Positions 19,801 through 29,334 of a DNA stretch of 64,000 nt are shown piece after piece. The DNA is taken from positions 32,001 through 96,000 of the IMG/VR virus record IMGVR_UViG_3300012953_000019. The stretch is one strand, 5' to 3'. Both the position numbers and the translations under genes were made by a program. Origin of the DNA: a virus. A model generated the notes under the pieces. That model was not told where the DNA came from. It saw only the letters and a list, made by a program, of their open reading frames with translations, and did not search any database. Every line of letters starts with the position of its first letter. Positions within the stretch are counted from its first letter, which is position 1.

Positions 19801-20320
19801 TGCATTGGATTACTTTGCAGAAGATTATGTAGACGAAACTTCTGAAGCGAACTCAAACAATGCAGGCGATAGAGTACATTACTCAGACGTACCTTCACTT
19901 GAGTGGCAATCAGGAAATATTGTAGATACATTTAGTGTCCAAGATTCTGCTACGGTTACTTTAGTTGTAATCAGAAGTGCGACTGACTCAGTAACAACTG
20001 CCGATAGTGTACAATTATTAAATATTGGATTGGGTCCAACAGAAATAGTTTCAACTGCTGACTCAATAAATGTGATGAATGTCACCACGACATATACAGA
20101 TACTTACACATCACAAGATGTCTTGACAGGAAAAGATGTGGGTATGTTACCTACAGAATCCATAGAAACATCTGAAAATGTGTTGAAATTCCCGAGTATA
20201 AATAAAACAGATACATCAAACGCAAATGAATCTGGATCAGTTACAAAATCAGATTTTGTTGATAGTACTGATTACTTCTTAGAAGATTATGTCGCATCTG
20301 AAGTAAGAAGCATTGCGTAA
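16826..20320 (+). CDS. gp7: Baseplate wedge initiator gp7-like with inserted repeat domains
   Basis: QIPEFIRDEYP.F..FIKKYYEYLE, FYTSKGT, LFKIMYNE, LQDSRLYQAFSYQIRS and HPSGM motifs. Lies between gp6 and gp8. Confidence 0.75.
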   Translation: MSVSPRFQKYLKNITVTNGGSGFQAGNSNVLTSGDQQYALDYFGENYVLFFGQTTTTLVADLKVLIGAPTSTIPGDELAQATATVTLNSSGVVTAINITNIGDGYITAPTVELIGTPSLLTNTSTTDILRDNGTYSDIATTSDGIGTGVTVDIIVENGDIVKILPSGGEDYRIGETLTVSAISIGGTGEEDPITFTVTKINGGSGFTATVELDQVGKENSYYPEKVSTTITNQIPEFIRDEYPVFATFIKKYYEYLESNTTSFGMAPTNVINTIQDRLDIDFRDNLEATSTDFLDQFFEDYGKDFPVTMQADKTLLVKHITDFYTSKGTKKAIENLFKIMYNENVEVFVPNSLVLRPSDNNWSREYVVKVYENIFLPSTGGTIYDPVEFEGKAVVISYFESVGSVTTRKERETVVKQVKKLSYTVPQAYELTLELPDDFVIPSIGTGATYTAVIGGKIATVNSIGATDASRTAGTYAIDTTEYTTNGNGTGAEFSVFVDNNGQATVSITTVGDNYAPGETITIPDTRLGNGGAAALTFNIATITDGKIFSVTIDSAGEQYSANYPLIVTADSSDTITQVADPLVRVTSGKATSVVFVDDVNGVGYNHVPQLREALYFQAAYISLTTDDRTDVNSKRAIPNRILHKVSVKSTTGEANGGFAVGQSYMVDENASLSPYAIDYFSEDYTLTGIANRAFVKVAQIGTDNFPTALDVIAIGAGFQSSTFDFNIVSPLGYTTTLTCTTGYNAIYPGIFEDTSGFLSDANKLQDSRLYQAFSYQIRSERPKTEWGEFVKRAAHPSGMVAFSDLQIRNSVDFTTVTSVDTDLFFYVVMPDIEEVLVSETVAKDIHLPSEADTYATSEPYYSMEPGLNKVETTDFIHTIAKDIETVYIDTLTPFHGSLIFGVEAVLIDNSIVDDNAPILVIESVLADTYSADDTPSLEAGRILSDSYQFEDTDSEYAVDYFANDSGNYTAGVPLVVIDFDKHFDQLTFGPYALDYFAEDYVDETSEANSNNAGDRVHYSDVPSLEWQSGNIVDTFSVQDSATVTLVVIRSATDSVTTADSVQLLNIGLGPTEIVSTADSINVMNVTTTYTDTYTSQDVLTGKDVGMLPTESIETSENVLKFPSINKTDTSNANESGSVTKSDFVDSTDYFLEDYVASEVRSIA
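16937..20293 (+). repeat. Five dispersed copies of a YxxDYFx(E/N)DY-like peptide motif in gp7
   Basis: YALDYFGENYV (16937), YAIDYFSEDY (18851), YAVDYFAND (19694), YALDYFAEDYV (19799) and DYFLEDYV (20270). Confidence 0.85.
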
Positions 20321-20324
20321 GTGT

Positions 20325-20332
20325 TATAAATA
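20325..20332 (+). promoter_or_regulatory. Late promoter TATAAATA
   Basis: Exact consensus in the gap after gp7. Confidence 0.8.
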
Positions 20333-20371
20333 GAATTGTAAAATGTTCGTAAAAACCCATAGGAGATAAAA

Positions 20372-20824
20372 ATGGACAGCAAGTTAAAACTAAACGCTAC
20401 AGGCAAGTTGCACGTAGCACTTTATGGACCGGATGGTTCTTTGAAAGAAGAGCGTTCGGTTACCAACGTGGTAGTAGACGATGGTCTAGACCACATCGCA
20501 AGTAGATTAGGGGCATCCTCTGCACCAACTGCAATGTCACACATGGCAATTGGATCAAGCAGTACTGCCGCAGCCGCCGCGGACTCATCACTTGGAACAG
20601 AACTAGGTAGAGTTGCACTAACATCTACGACTGTTACTAATTCATCCGTACAGTACATTGGAGATTTTCCAGCTGGTACTGGTACAGGTGCAGTAGTTGA
20701 AGCCGGTGTATTAAATGCATCAAGTGGTGGAACATTATTGTGCCGAACTGTTTTTGCAGTGGTTAACAAAGGTGCCGCGGATACGTTGAAGATTACTTGG
20801 ACCGTAACTGTAGCTGATTCTTAA
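20372..20824 (+). CDS. Virion structural protein (tail-collar/fibre-attachment-like)
   Basis: 150 aa with NVVVDDG, MAIGS...A..D..LGTE..R and EAGV motifs typical of tail-collar fibre domains. Confidence 0.55.
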   Translation: MDSKLKLNATGKLHVALYGPDGSLKEERSVTNVVVDDGLDHIASRLGASSAPTAMSHMAIGSSSTAAAAADSSLGTELGRVALTSTTVTNSSVQYIGDFPAGTGTGAVVEAGVLNASSGGTLLCRTVFAVVNKGAADTLKITWTVTVADS

Positions 20825-20844
20825 TATAGTTTAGGTATCTAATA

Positions 20845-22470
20845 GTGACTTTACTACTTACAAATCAGGCTAGAGTACAGAACGCCAGATCATTCTACAG
20901 GGATGTATTCAATAATAAGGACTACTTTTATTTTTATGCAAGTAGACCCTTACCTTGGACAGATGATCTGGTGCCAACTACTCCTGAAGATGCCCAGTCG
21001 CAACTTTCTGATGTTAGACGAGATACTCTTTTTGTAAAAAGAGTCCAGGGAGCAGATTGCTGTCTTCTTGCCACACGCAGAGATTGGGTAAGTGGTACGG
21101 TTTATGATCAGTATGATGACTCTTATACAGCATCAAATACTGCAACCAGTGGTGCCACATCTTTAGCCACATCATTGTTTTATGTGATGACAAGTGATTT
21201 CAATGTATATAAATGTATTGAAAATAATAATGGTGCTCAAAGTACTAGAAAACCAACCAGCACAGGCGCAGAAGTTTTTGAGTTAAATGACGGATACAAA
21301 TGGAAATTTATGTATCAAGTTGCTGTTGCAGATAGAGGTAAGTTTTTAACGGATGATTATATTCCTGTAAGAAAGGCTTCTGGTTCTGGTCAACCAGCAT
21401 TTGATGTGAATGGAGAAATTGATACTTTAACCATAACTGCTGGTGGTTCTGGATATACTAGTGCGCCCATTGTTACTATTGAAGGTGATGGAACAGGAGC
21501 ATCTGCAACTGCTACATTATCTGGTGGAGCAGTATCGGCAATTACTTTAGATACAGAAGGAATGGGATATTCATTCGCTTTTGTTAAGTTTACTGGCGGT
21601 GGGGGCACTGGTGCTACCGCTACAGCTACTTTAGGATCAACAGAGACAGATACACTACAGTCAAACGTTGAATCACAAGCAGTTGCAGGAACCCTTGATC
21701 GCATTATCGTTACTGCTGCCGGGGTAGATTATACTTCTGGAGATGCACTAATTAGTATTATAGGTGATGGAACAGGCGCAACTGCTACTCCAACTATTAA
21801 TGCGAGAGGAGAAATTACCGGAATTACCGTAGTATCACCAGGAACAGGATACTCTTTTGCTGATATTACAGTAACACAAACTTTGGGTACTGGTAGTGGA
21901 GCAACATTCCGTGCAGTGAGTTCTCCTATTAATGGGCACGGATCTCACGCACAAAAAGAATTGTTTGCAAAAAATGTTGGCGTAAATGTATCGTTCTCAA
22001 ATGACAATGATGATATTATTGTTGGAGATCCACTCTCATCACCACCTGCAGGTCAAGATTTTAGACAGATAGGTATTATAAAAAATATTACACAGTATGG
22101 AAGTAGCACATTGTTTACCAATACAACTGCAACTCCATGTTTTATAATTTCAGTATCAAACACAGGCGAGTATAGTTTAGACGATGTTATAACATCATCC
22201 GACGGTGGAAAATTTATTGTAATACAAAAAGTAGATTCTGACAACAACGCCGCATACGATCAAATATACTTACAACGAATATATGGCAATATAACTGCTT
22301 CATCAACATTAACAAATGCAACAACATCAACTGGAAATTTGAGTATAAATAGTATTACAAATCCAGAGATTAATGTATTTTCAGGAGATATTCTTTACGT
22401 TGACAATAGACGACCTGTTGTCAGAGATGTTGATCAAACAGAAACTATTAAAGTCGTATTTAAATTTTAG
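20845..22470 (+). CDS. gp8: Baseplate wedge subunit gp8 with inserted repeat domains
   Basis: R.DWVSGTVYDQY, FYVMTSDFNVYKCIENN, DGYKWKFMY, DFRQIGIIKN and GDILYVDNRRPV motifs. GTG start. Confidence 0.88.
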   Translation: MTLLLTNQARVQNARSFYRDVFNNKDYFYFYASRPLPWTDDLVPTTPEDAQSQLSDVRRDTLFVKRVQGADCCLLATRRDWVSGTVYDQYDDSYTASNTATSGATSLATSLFYVMTSDFNVYKCIENNNGAQSTRKPTSTGAEVFELNDGYKWKFMYQVAVADRGKFLTDDYIPVRKASGSGQPAFDVNGEIDTLTITAGGSGYTSAPIVTIEGDGTGASATATLSGGAVSAITLDTEGMGYSFAFVKFTGGGGTGATATATLGSTETDTLQSNVESQAVAGTLDRIIVTAAGVDYTSGDALISIIGDGTGATATPTINARGEITGITVVSPGTGYSFADITVTQTLGTGSGATFRAVSSPINGHGSHAQKELFAKNVGVNVSFSNDNDDIIVGDPLSSPPAGQDFRQIGIIKNITQYGSSTLFTNTTATPCFIISVSNTGEYSLDDVITSSDGGKFIVIQKVDSDNNAAYDQIYLQRIYGNITASSTLTNATTSTGNLSINSITNPEINVFSGDILYVDNRRPVVRDVDQTETIKVVFKF

Positions 22471-22479
22471 GACAAAGAA

Positions 22480-25400
22480 ATGGCACTAGACCTTAACGTA
22501 TCACCATATTATGACGATTTTGATGCATCAAAACAGTTTGAAAAAGTTCTTTTCAAACCTGGTGTAGCCGTACAGGCGCGAGAATTAACTCAACTTCAGT
22601 CATATCTTTCTAACGCTATCAACAATTCTGCTAGGTTTGCTCTTTCAGATGGTCAAAGAGTATTTGGTGGTGAGTCCACAATTTTACGTAAACCATATAT
22701 TAAAATCAATGATGTTGACGCTTCTGGCACTACCGTTGTAGATGCTGATCTATCAACATATGTAGGAGATACGATTACAGGATCAGTTACTGGAATCACA
22801 GCAAAAATTTTATCATCGCAAACTGGTACTGACTCTGATAATAGAGATAAGAAAACTTTTTACCTAGCTTATACTGGTGGTAATCCTACTGGCGCTGGAT
22901 CTGAGGGTAGTTCGATTCACTTTGACACAGGAGAAACTCTCACTGTATCATCAACTGTAACTGCTAGAAATGGTAAGACATTTGTAGTTGATAATACAGT
23001 AAGTAATACTGACGTATCTTTAAACTATTATGGGTATGGATTGTTTTTCGTAATTGCAGATGGTGTATTTTTTGCAAAAAAACAATTTGTAACTCACAAC
23101 AGACAAGAAATTTTATTAGACAAATATAAAACTAATGGAAGTTTTTACGTAGGTCTTAAAGTAACTGAATCTGTAGTAAATTCTGATTCTGATGCATCTC
23201 TACTTGATCCTTCATCTGGTTCATTTAATTACAACGCACCGGGTGCAGATAGATATAAAGTCACAACGACACTTTCTAAGAAATCACTTACAGTCGATAA
23301 CAATTTCCAGTTAGAAGCCGACGAAGATTTCGTTGCGGTTGACAAAATTATAGATGGTAGTTATTATCAAAAACTTCCAGACGATGCTGGCGCTCTTGCT
23401 GAATTGGGTAGAATTCTTGCTGAAAGAACGCATGAAGAATCTGGTAACTACATGGTTCATCCATTTACTTTGCAGGTTCAAGAGCATCTTAAAACTTCTT
23501 TTAACAAGGGTAGATTTGCGCCTGACGATCCTGACAGACCAGGAAACTCGCAAAAATTAGCGTGTATTATTGGTAATGGTACTGCATATGTTGGTGGATA
23601 TAGATATAATTTTCAAACTCCAACAGTAGTAGATATTGATAAAGCAACAACGACCGCAATTCAAGAAGGACAAACAATATCGACAGGATACGGAAACTAT
23701 TTCATTGTAGATGAATTTGTCGGTGCTTGGAATATTAAAGATGGAGATACAGTAACACTTTATGACACCGCAAAAAATGCGGCATCTGGTGGTGGTTATG
23801 GTTCTACAGCCGCACCAACATCTAGTAATATTGTTGGTCAAGCAAAAATTAAAAATCTATATTACGAATCTGGTACTATTGGCACATCAACTTGTAAGTA
23901 TAGAATATACTTGTATGATATTTCCATAACAAAAGGTAAACTTGAAGACGCTGAAGGAATATACTATTCAAATAGTACTGATAGTGGATTTGCTGATATA
24001 GTTCTTGAGGGTAGTCCTGCAATTGCAAAAATTAAAGAACAAACACAAAACAAATTAATCTTTAGGGCTCCATACTCAAATGCAAAAACTCTTGCGGCAG
24101 CCGGTGGTGGTAGCTATGATACGCAATATTACTATCAAGAAGAATTTGATGTAACTTTTGCTTCTGATGGTACTACAACCATAAGCACTACAGGAACATC
24201 TCAATTCCCATATTCAGGAAGTGTTACCCAAACAATCATCGATCAAAATTTCATATTGGTAGCAACTCAGGCTGCAACTATTAATAGCACTGCAACCCAA
24301 GAAGGAAGAGTAATTCCACTAACTCCTTCTATGATTACAAGTGCTAGTACTGGTGCAATCAGTTTCGATTTAGGAACTGTTAGTGGAGCATTTACGGCAA
24401 AAATGTTTGTAAAGGTCGTTAATGTTGATGCTCAACCAACACCAAAAATTTTAGTATCTAATGTTTATGTTAAAATCGATACTGCTACAAATTTTGGTGG
24501 AGCAAACGGTCCATGGGATTTAGGAATATCTGATGTTTTCCAAATAGATGAAGTTTATGTGGGTTCAACTTATTCAGAAGCAACAAATAATGTACAAGCC
24601 AATTTTGTTTTAGATACTGGTCAAACAGACAATGTTTATGGTCACGGTAAATTAGTTAAGAGTGATACAAAACCAATTTCTACTACCAATAAAAAAATAG
24701 TTGTAAAATTAAAATGTTTCACACCAAACTATGCGGCTACTGGTGGCACTTATTTTGCAATTGATTCATATCCCGTAGACGATACAGGAAATACTGGTAT
24801 TTTTTCATATCAGATGCCTACATATAAATCAATAAAAACAGGACCTTATAGATTACAAGACTGTATTGACTTTAGACCTTATGTTGTTAATACTGCGGTT
24901 ACATCAACAGCAACTTTGGCTGCCGCAACTGAAAATCCAACCAGAAGTAATACTATTAATCCTCCTTCTGACGGACTACAACACCCATCACCCATAAACA
25001 ATTTTACAACTGATGTAGAATTTTATCTTGCTAGACAAGATGTAGTAACGATTACACCTACAGGAAAATTTAATGTAATTAAAGGTGTTCCTTCTCTTAA
25101 TCCTCAAGTGCCTATAATTCCGGAATCAGAAGGAATGTCAATTGCAGGTATAGGTATTCCTCCATATCCTAGTGTATCTCCATTTCTCGGAGCTGTTACA
25201 GGACATCCAAATGTAGTAGGTAGAAAGCTGACGTTAGCTCGTAGATATTCTATGGCGGACATTAAGAGAATCGAAACAAGAATTGGTCGATTAGAATACT
25301 ACACTGCACTTTCTCTCATGGAGCAAGAACAACAAAACATGAACATAGAAGATGCAGATGGAAATACTAGATTTAAAAATGGTATTTTTATTAATACCTT

Positions 25401-28400
25401 TTCGGATCATTCTCTTAGTGATGTAGGAGATCCTGGATTTAAATGTGGTATTGATCCTATATTCAGAAGAGTTGGTCCTGCAAGAGATCAAACCCATATT
25501 GGATTACAACTGAATTCTACTACTTCTACTGGAATACAACAATCAGCCGAAATTGTTACTCTTCCTTTTACAAAGACAGTATTTTCAGAAAACAGATTTT
25601 CCTCTAAACCAAGAAATTGTGTAGGCGAGTTATTGTTTGATTGGGCAGGAGATTTAGATATTTCGCCTAGAGGCTCTAATTCTGAATTGCCACAAGATGC
25701 TGGAACTAGATATGTTGATGACAATAGCCTTAATACATTTGGTCAGATGTTAGCAGATGATATTAACAAGGCTCAAATTATAGCAGACTATGATATATCA
25801 TTTACAGGGACAGAAAACGACCCAGTAGTACAGCCATTTGAAAAGATCATACCAGAAAACGAAAAAATCACCGGTCTACATCCCAACGGTGGAACCGAGA
25901 TGTTTCCGCCAGTGGGCATGTCAACAAACGGTGTTTATCAGGAATCCAACACCAGCACTACCATTAATGCTTCGGGGACCGATCAAAGTGGTCGTCTTGT
26001 GGTAGATGTTGATACCAAGGGTACTGTGTCTATGGATGCATATATTGGAGCAGACACAACTACTACTACAAGTGCAAAACTTATAGGTGAAACAAAATCA
26101 AATAGTACTACCATGACGGCTACTGCAACTAAACAAATGCTTACGGCATCCTCGTCAGTTCATGGTATTCAACAAGTAGACGTAGGTAAAAAATTAATAT
26201 CGGCTACTTTAGATATGTATATGAGAGAAAAACTGCTCTTCTTTATAGGACAAAGATTAAAACCCAACACTAGAATGTATGGTTTCTTTGACGGAGAAAA
26301 ACTAGTTGGTAGTGAATTGTGGTCAATAAGAGATGGCAATACGACTATTGGTGGAGTTACAAAATCTTATATTAAACACGTGGTTGATTATAAAAATAAT
26401 GCAAGCACTCCTAATGATTCTCAAAATTGGTTTGACTATGCTTGGAACATTGGTTCTTTTGGCGGCACTGTACAATCTGGTCATATTTCACATGGTAATG
26501 TAAAATCAAATGCTGATGGACTTATAGCTGGATTTTTCGAGCTGAGACCAGGAAGATTTCTTGTTGGTGAAAGAATTTTAAGATTTACCGATGATGTTAG
26601 AGATCGTGCTGAATTTGTAACTACTTCTTGTGAAGCGCCATTCAGTTCCAATGGTATTACTACACAAGCACAAAACACCATTATATCTACTGCTGTACCA
26701 AAAATTCATTTGGGTAAGACCGCTCCCGCAACTGAACAGGTAGGTGAATGGACACACGTTACTAGTGTTTCTACTACAATTAAAGAATTCGATGTTAGTG
26801 TGGAAGTAACGACTGATCCCAAACTGCATATTAATCTTGAGAATGATGTTACCACTCACGTTGAAGTATCTGGAGGATTTGATCCTATTGCACAAACTTT
26901 CTTTGTATCAGAGCCAGACGGTGTTTTTGCTACAGAAGTTAAAGTATTCTTTAGAACAAAATCTGCTACTGAAGGTATTACGTGTCAAATTAGAGAAGTT
27001 ATGAATGGATACCCATCAAGAAGCATTTTACCTTATGGTGAAGTCTTTCTCTCGCCATCTGAAGTTGTAACAACTGTAGAAGAAAATGATGGAACATTAA
27101 GATTCTCACCAGTTGGTCAAGAAGATCAGCCATATGTTACAACGTTTACATTCCCTGCACCAGTTCAACTTAAAGGTGCAACAGAGTATTGTTTTGTTCT
27201 TCTACCAGCTGGTAATAGTCCTGACTATCAAGTTTGGGTTTCTCAACTTGGAGAAAATAGAGTTGGAGTAGGAGTACAAAATCAACGTATCTTTGCAGAA
27301 GATACAAATATTGGAGGTATGTTATTTACATCATCTAACAATAGAACTTGGAATGCTCACCAAGATGAAGATATGACTTATCAAATAACAAAAGCACAAT
27401 TTGCCACATCTGATGGTACAGTAATGCTTGAAAATCAAAACATTGATTATATGGTAACTACTGATTACACTTCTGGAAGACCAGAAACAAACTCTAGAAT
27501 TACGGGAGTTGATGCCACTTTGGCAAATGGTGGTTCTGGTCACGTAGCGGGTGATATTATTACTATGGCAGATGTTGTTGATGATGATGGTAATGTCTTG
27601 ACTGGTATGAAAATAAAAGTTTTAGCTCCAGCATCTGCAGGAACAATTACATCTTTTGAAATTACTGATCCTGGTACTCCTGCTGTAGGATTTAATAAAG
27701 TATCTTTAGGAACAATTAATCAATCTAGTACAACTGGTACAGGAACAGGAGCATCTATTAGTGCTAATCTGGTAACGGGTCAATTGAAGTTTATTGATGC
27801 CCAAAAGGAGAAAATGGAAGTTAATGTTACTAATGGTTTCTTTAGAAATCAAACTACCGGTGCTTTAATTACTCCACTAAAAGCTATTAAAAACCCGAAC
27901 ACTGGTGATCTTACACAGACCATATTTACTGTTACTGATCTTGAAGATAGAAAATATAATCAAGTTAGAACAACGATGAATCTTGTTGAAAATGATGGTA
28001 AAATTGGCTTTGAATATGCACCAACAAAATCAGCAAATGTAAATTCTGCCGGCACAACATATGAACCCCTATCATTAGATACTAGAAAAGTTACTGATAA
28101 TGAGAAGTCTGTTCGGTCGTATTCTAATGAAGGATACACTCTAAGTGGTGCAGATACCAAATCTCTACATAAAAGAATTAGTCTAAATTCAGGTAGTAAT
28201 CCAGACTTATCACCAGTCCTCGAAGTTACTGCATTAGGACTATTAACTAGTTCTAATCTAATTAACAATGATAGTACAAATGAAACTTTACCAGCATCTG
28301 GTAATGCACTATCAAGATTCATTAATTCACCTGTGCAACTTGCAGACGGAATGGAAGCCCAAGATATTCTTGTTCAATGTGCCCTATTGCAACCACCTGG

Positions 28401-29106
28401 ATCTAGTATCGAAGTTTATGGTAAATTCCAAGCTGCCGCAGATTTTGATGCAGATTTCAATAATGATTTGCCTTGGATAAAACTAGACAGAGATGATAAT
28501 CATTCACCTTATGGAAATTCTGCGTCTGAAACTGCATTTACAGATTTTGGATTTAAAATTCCTGATGCAAATCTGGTAAACGGATCATTTGCATATACAA
28601 CTGATAGAGTAACAGAACTGACTCTCACACAAGCTGGAGCAGGATATACATCTGCACCAGAATTATCTTTTAGTACTGGCGAGGCAACTGCGATTGCATT
28701 ATTATCTGGTAATACTGTTGGTTCAATACAATTAACAAATCCAGGAAGAGATTATGCGGGTGTAACTCCAACAGTTACAGTAGGAACGCAATACGCAAAT
28801 TCAACATCATATGCTACTGGACAACAAGTTGCAACTGCCGCTGGAAATCTATATACTGTACAAACTGGTGGCACTAGCGCGGCTAGTGGAACTGGTCCAT
28901 CTGGAACTCAAGCATCGCCACCCGTTCAAGAAACTGATGGAACTGCCGTATTTGTATATGTAGGACCAGCCGCTCAAGTAACAGCAACAGTAAGCACAGT
29001 AACTTTTGATGAATATAAAAAGTTTGCTACTAAACTAGTATTCTTGGCTTCTAATACGTCAAACATACCGTATGCAAAACAACTACGTGTAATAAACGTA
29101 ACTTAA
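22480..29106 (+). CDS. Large virion structural protein (DUF4815/VrlC-like), putative fibre or receptor-binding protein
   Basis: 2208 aa. LNVSPYYDDFD..K.F.KVLFKPG.AVQARELTQLQS, GADRYK, RLEYYTALSL.E, RFKNG.F.N.F and DPIAQTF motifs. CBM-like Y..G..V...G..Y near the C-terminus. Confidence 0.75.
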   Translation: MALDLNVSPYYDDFDASKQFEKVLFKPGVAVQARELTQLQSYLSNAINNSARFALSDGQRVFGGESTILRKPYIKINDVDASGTTVVDADLSTYVGDTITGSVTGITAKILSSQTGTDSDNRDKKTFYLAYTGGNPTGAGSEGSSIHFDTGETLTVSSTVTARNGKTFVVDNTVSNTDVSLNYYGYGLFFVIADGVFFAKKQFVTHNRQEILLDKYKTNGSFYVGLKVTESVVNSDSDASLLDPSSGSFNYNAPGADRYKVTTTLSKKSLTVDNNFQLEADEDFVAVDKIIDGSYYQKLPDDAGALAELGRILAERTHEESGNYMVHPFTLQVQEHLKTSFNKGRFAPDDPDRPGNSQKLACIIGNGTAYVGGYRYNFQTPTVVDIDKATTTAIQEGQTISTGYGNYFIVDEFVGAWNIKDGDTVTLYDTAKNAASGGGYGSTAAPTSSNIVGQAKIKNLYYESGTIGTSTCKYRIYLYDISITKGKLEDAEGIYYSNSTDSGFADIVLEGSPAIAKIKEQTQNKLIFRAPYSNAKTLAAAGGGSYDTQYYYQEEFDVTFASDGTTTISTTGTSQFPYSGSVTQTIIDQNFILVATQAATINSTATQEGRVIPLTPSMITSASTGAISFDLGTVSGAFTAKMFVKVVNVDAQPTPKILVSNVYVKIDTATNFGGANGPWDLGISDVFQIDEVYVGSTYSEATNNVQANFVLDTGQTDNVYGHGKLVKSDTKPISTTNKKIVVKLKCFTPNYAATGGTYFAIDSYPVDDTGNTGIFSYQMPTYKSIKTGPYRLQDCIDFRPYVVNTAVTSTATLAAATENPTRSNTINPPSDGLQHPSPINNFTTDVEFYLARQDVVTITPTGKFNVIKGVPSLNPQVPIIPESEGMSIAGIGIPPYPSVSPFLGAVTGHPNVVGRKLTLARRYSMADIKRIETRIGRLEYYTALSLMEQEQQNMNIEDADGNTRFKNGIFINTFSDHSLSDVGDPGFKCGIDPIFRRVGPARDQTHIGLQLNSTTSTGIQQSAEIVTLPFTKTVFSENRFSSKPRNCVGELLFDWAGDLDISPRGSNSELPQDAGTRYVDDNSLNTFGQMLADDINKAQIIADYDISFTGTENDPVVQPFEKIIPENEKITGLHPNGGTEMFPPVGMSTNGVYQESNTSTTINASGTDQSGRLVVDVDTKGTVSMDAYIGADTTTTTSAKLIGETKSNSTTMTATATKQMLTASSSVHGIQQVDVGKKLISATLDMYMREKLLFFIGQRLKPNTRMYGFFDGEKLVGSELWSIRDGNTTIGGVTKSYIKHVVDYKNNASTPNDSQNWFDYAWNIGSFGGTVQSGHISHGNVKSNADGLIAGFFELRPGRFLVGERILRFTDDVRDRAEFVTTSCEAPFSSNGITTQAQNTIISTAVPKIHLGKTAPATEQVGEWTHVTSVSTTIKEFDVSVEVTTDPKLHINLENDVTTHVEVSGGFDPIAQTFFVSEPDGVFATEVKVFFRTKSATEGITCQIREVMNGYPSRSILPYGEVFLSPSEVVTTVEENDGTLRFSPVGQEDQPYVTTFTFPAPVQLKGATEYCFVLLPAGNSPDYQVWVSQLGENRVGVGVQNQRIFAEDTNIGGMLFTSSNNRTWNAHQDEDMTYQITKAQFATSDGTVMLENQNIDYMVTTDYTSGRPETNSRITGVDATLANGGSGHVAGDIITMADVVDDDGNVLTGMKIKVLAPASAGTITSFEITDPGTPAVGFNKVSLGTINQSSTTGTGTGASISANLVTGQLKFIDAQKEKMEVNVTNGFFRNQTTGALITPLKAIKNPNTGDLTQTIFTVTDLEDRKYNQVRTTMNLVENDGKIGFEYAPTKSANVNSAGTTYEPLSLDTRKVTDNEKSVRSYSNEGYTLSGADTKSLHKRISLNSGSNPDLSPVLEVTALGLLTSSNLINNDSTNETLPASGNALSRFINSPVQLADGMEAQDILVQCALLQPPGSSIEVYGKFQAAADFDADFNNDLPWIKLDRDDNHSPYGNSASETAFTDFGFKIPDANLVNGSFAYTTDRVTELTLTQAGAGYTSAPELSFSTGEATAIALLSGNTVGSIQLTNPGRDYAGVTPTVTVGTQYANSTSYATGQQVATAAGNLYTVQTGGTSAASGTGPSGTQASPPVQETDGTAVFVYVGPAAQVTATVSTVTFDEYKKFATKLVFLASNTSNIPYAKQLRVINVT

Positions 29107-29117
29107 GGAGCATATAT

Positions 29118-29321
29118 ATGAGACAAGATAATTTTATTAGAGATGAGGCTTCTGGTGCAATACTTTCGACTGATGTGGTTGGGCTGAGAAACCATAAAAA
29201 ACGAAGAGCGCAAATGAAGGAAAAGGACAATCAAATACTTGAAATGTCCAATGATATAAATAGTCTAAAAGATGAACTCTCAGAGATTAAATTACTTTTA
29301 AAGTCTATAAACCAACGATAA
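29118..29321 (+). CDS. Small coiled-coil hypothetical protein
   Basis: 67 aa with an AGGAG RBS and IRDEASGAILSTD...ELSEIKLLL. Confidence 0.65.
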   Translation: MRQDNFIRDEASGAILSTDVVGLRNHKKRRAQMKEKDNQILEMSNDINSLKDELSEIKLLLKSINQR

Positions 29322-29334
29322 ATGGGAAGAGCAA

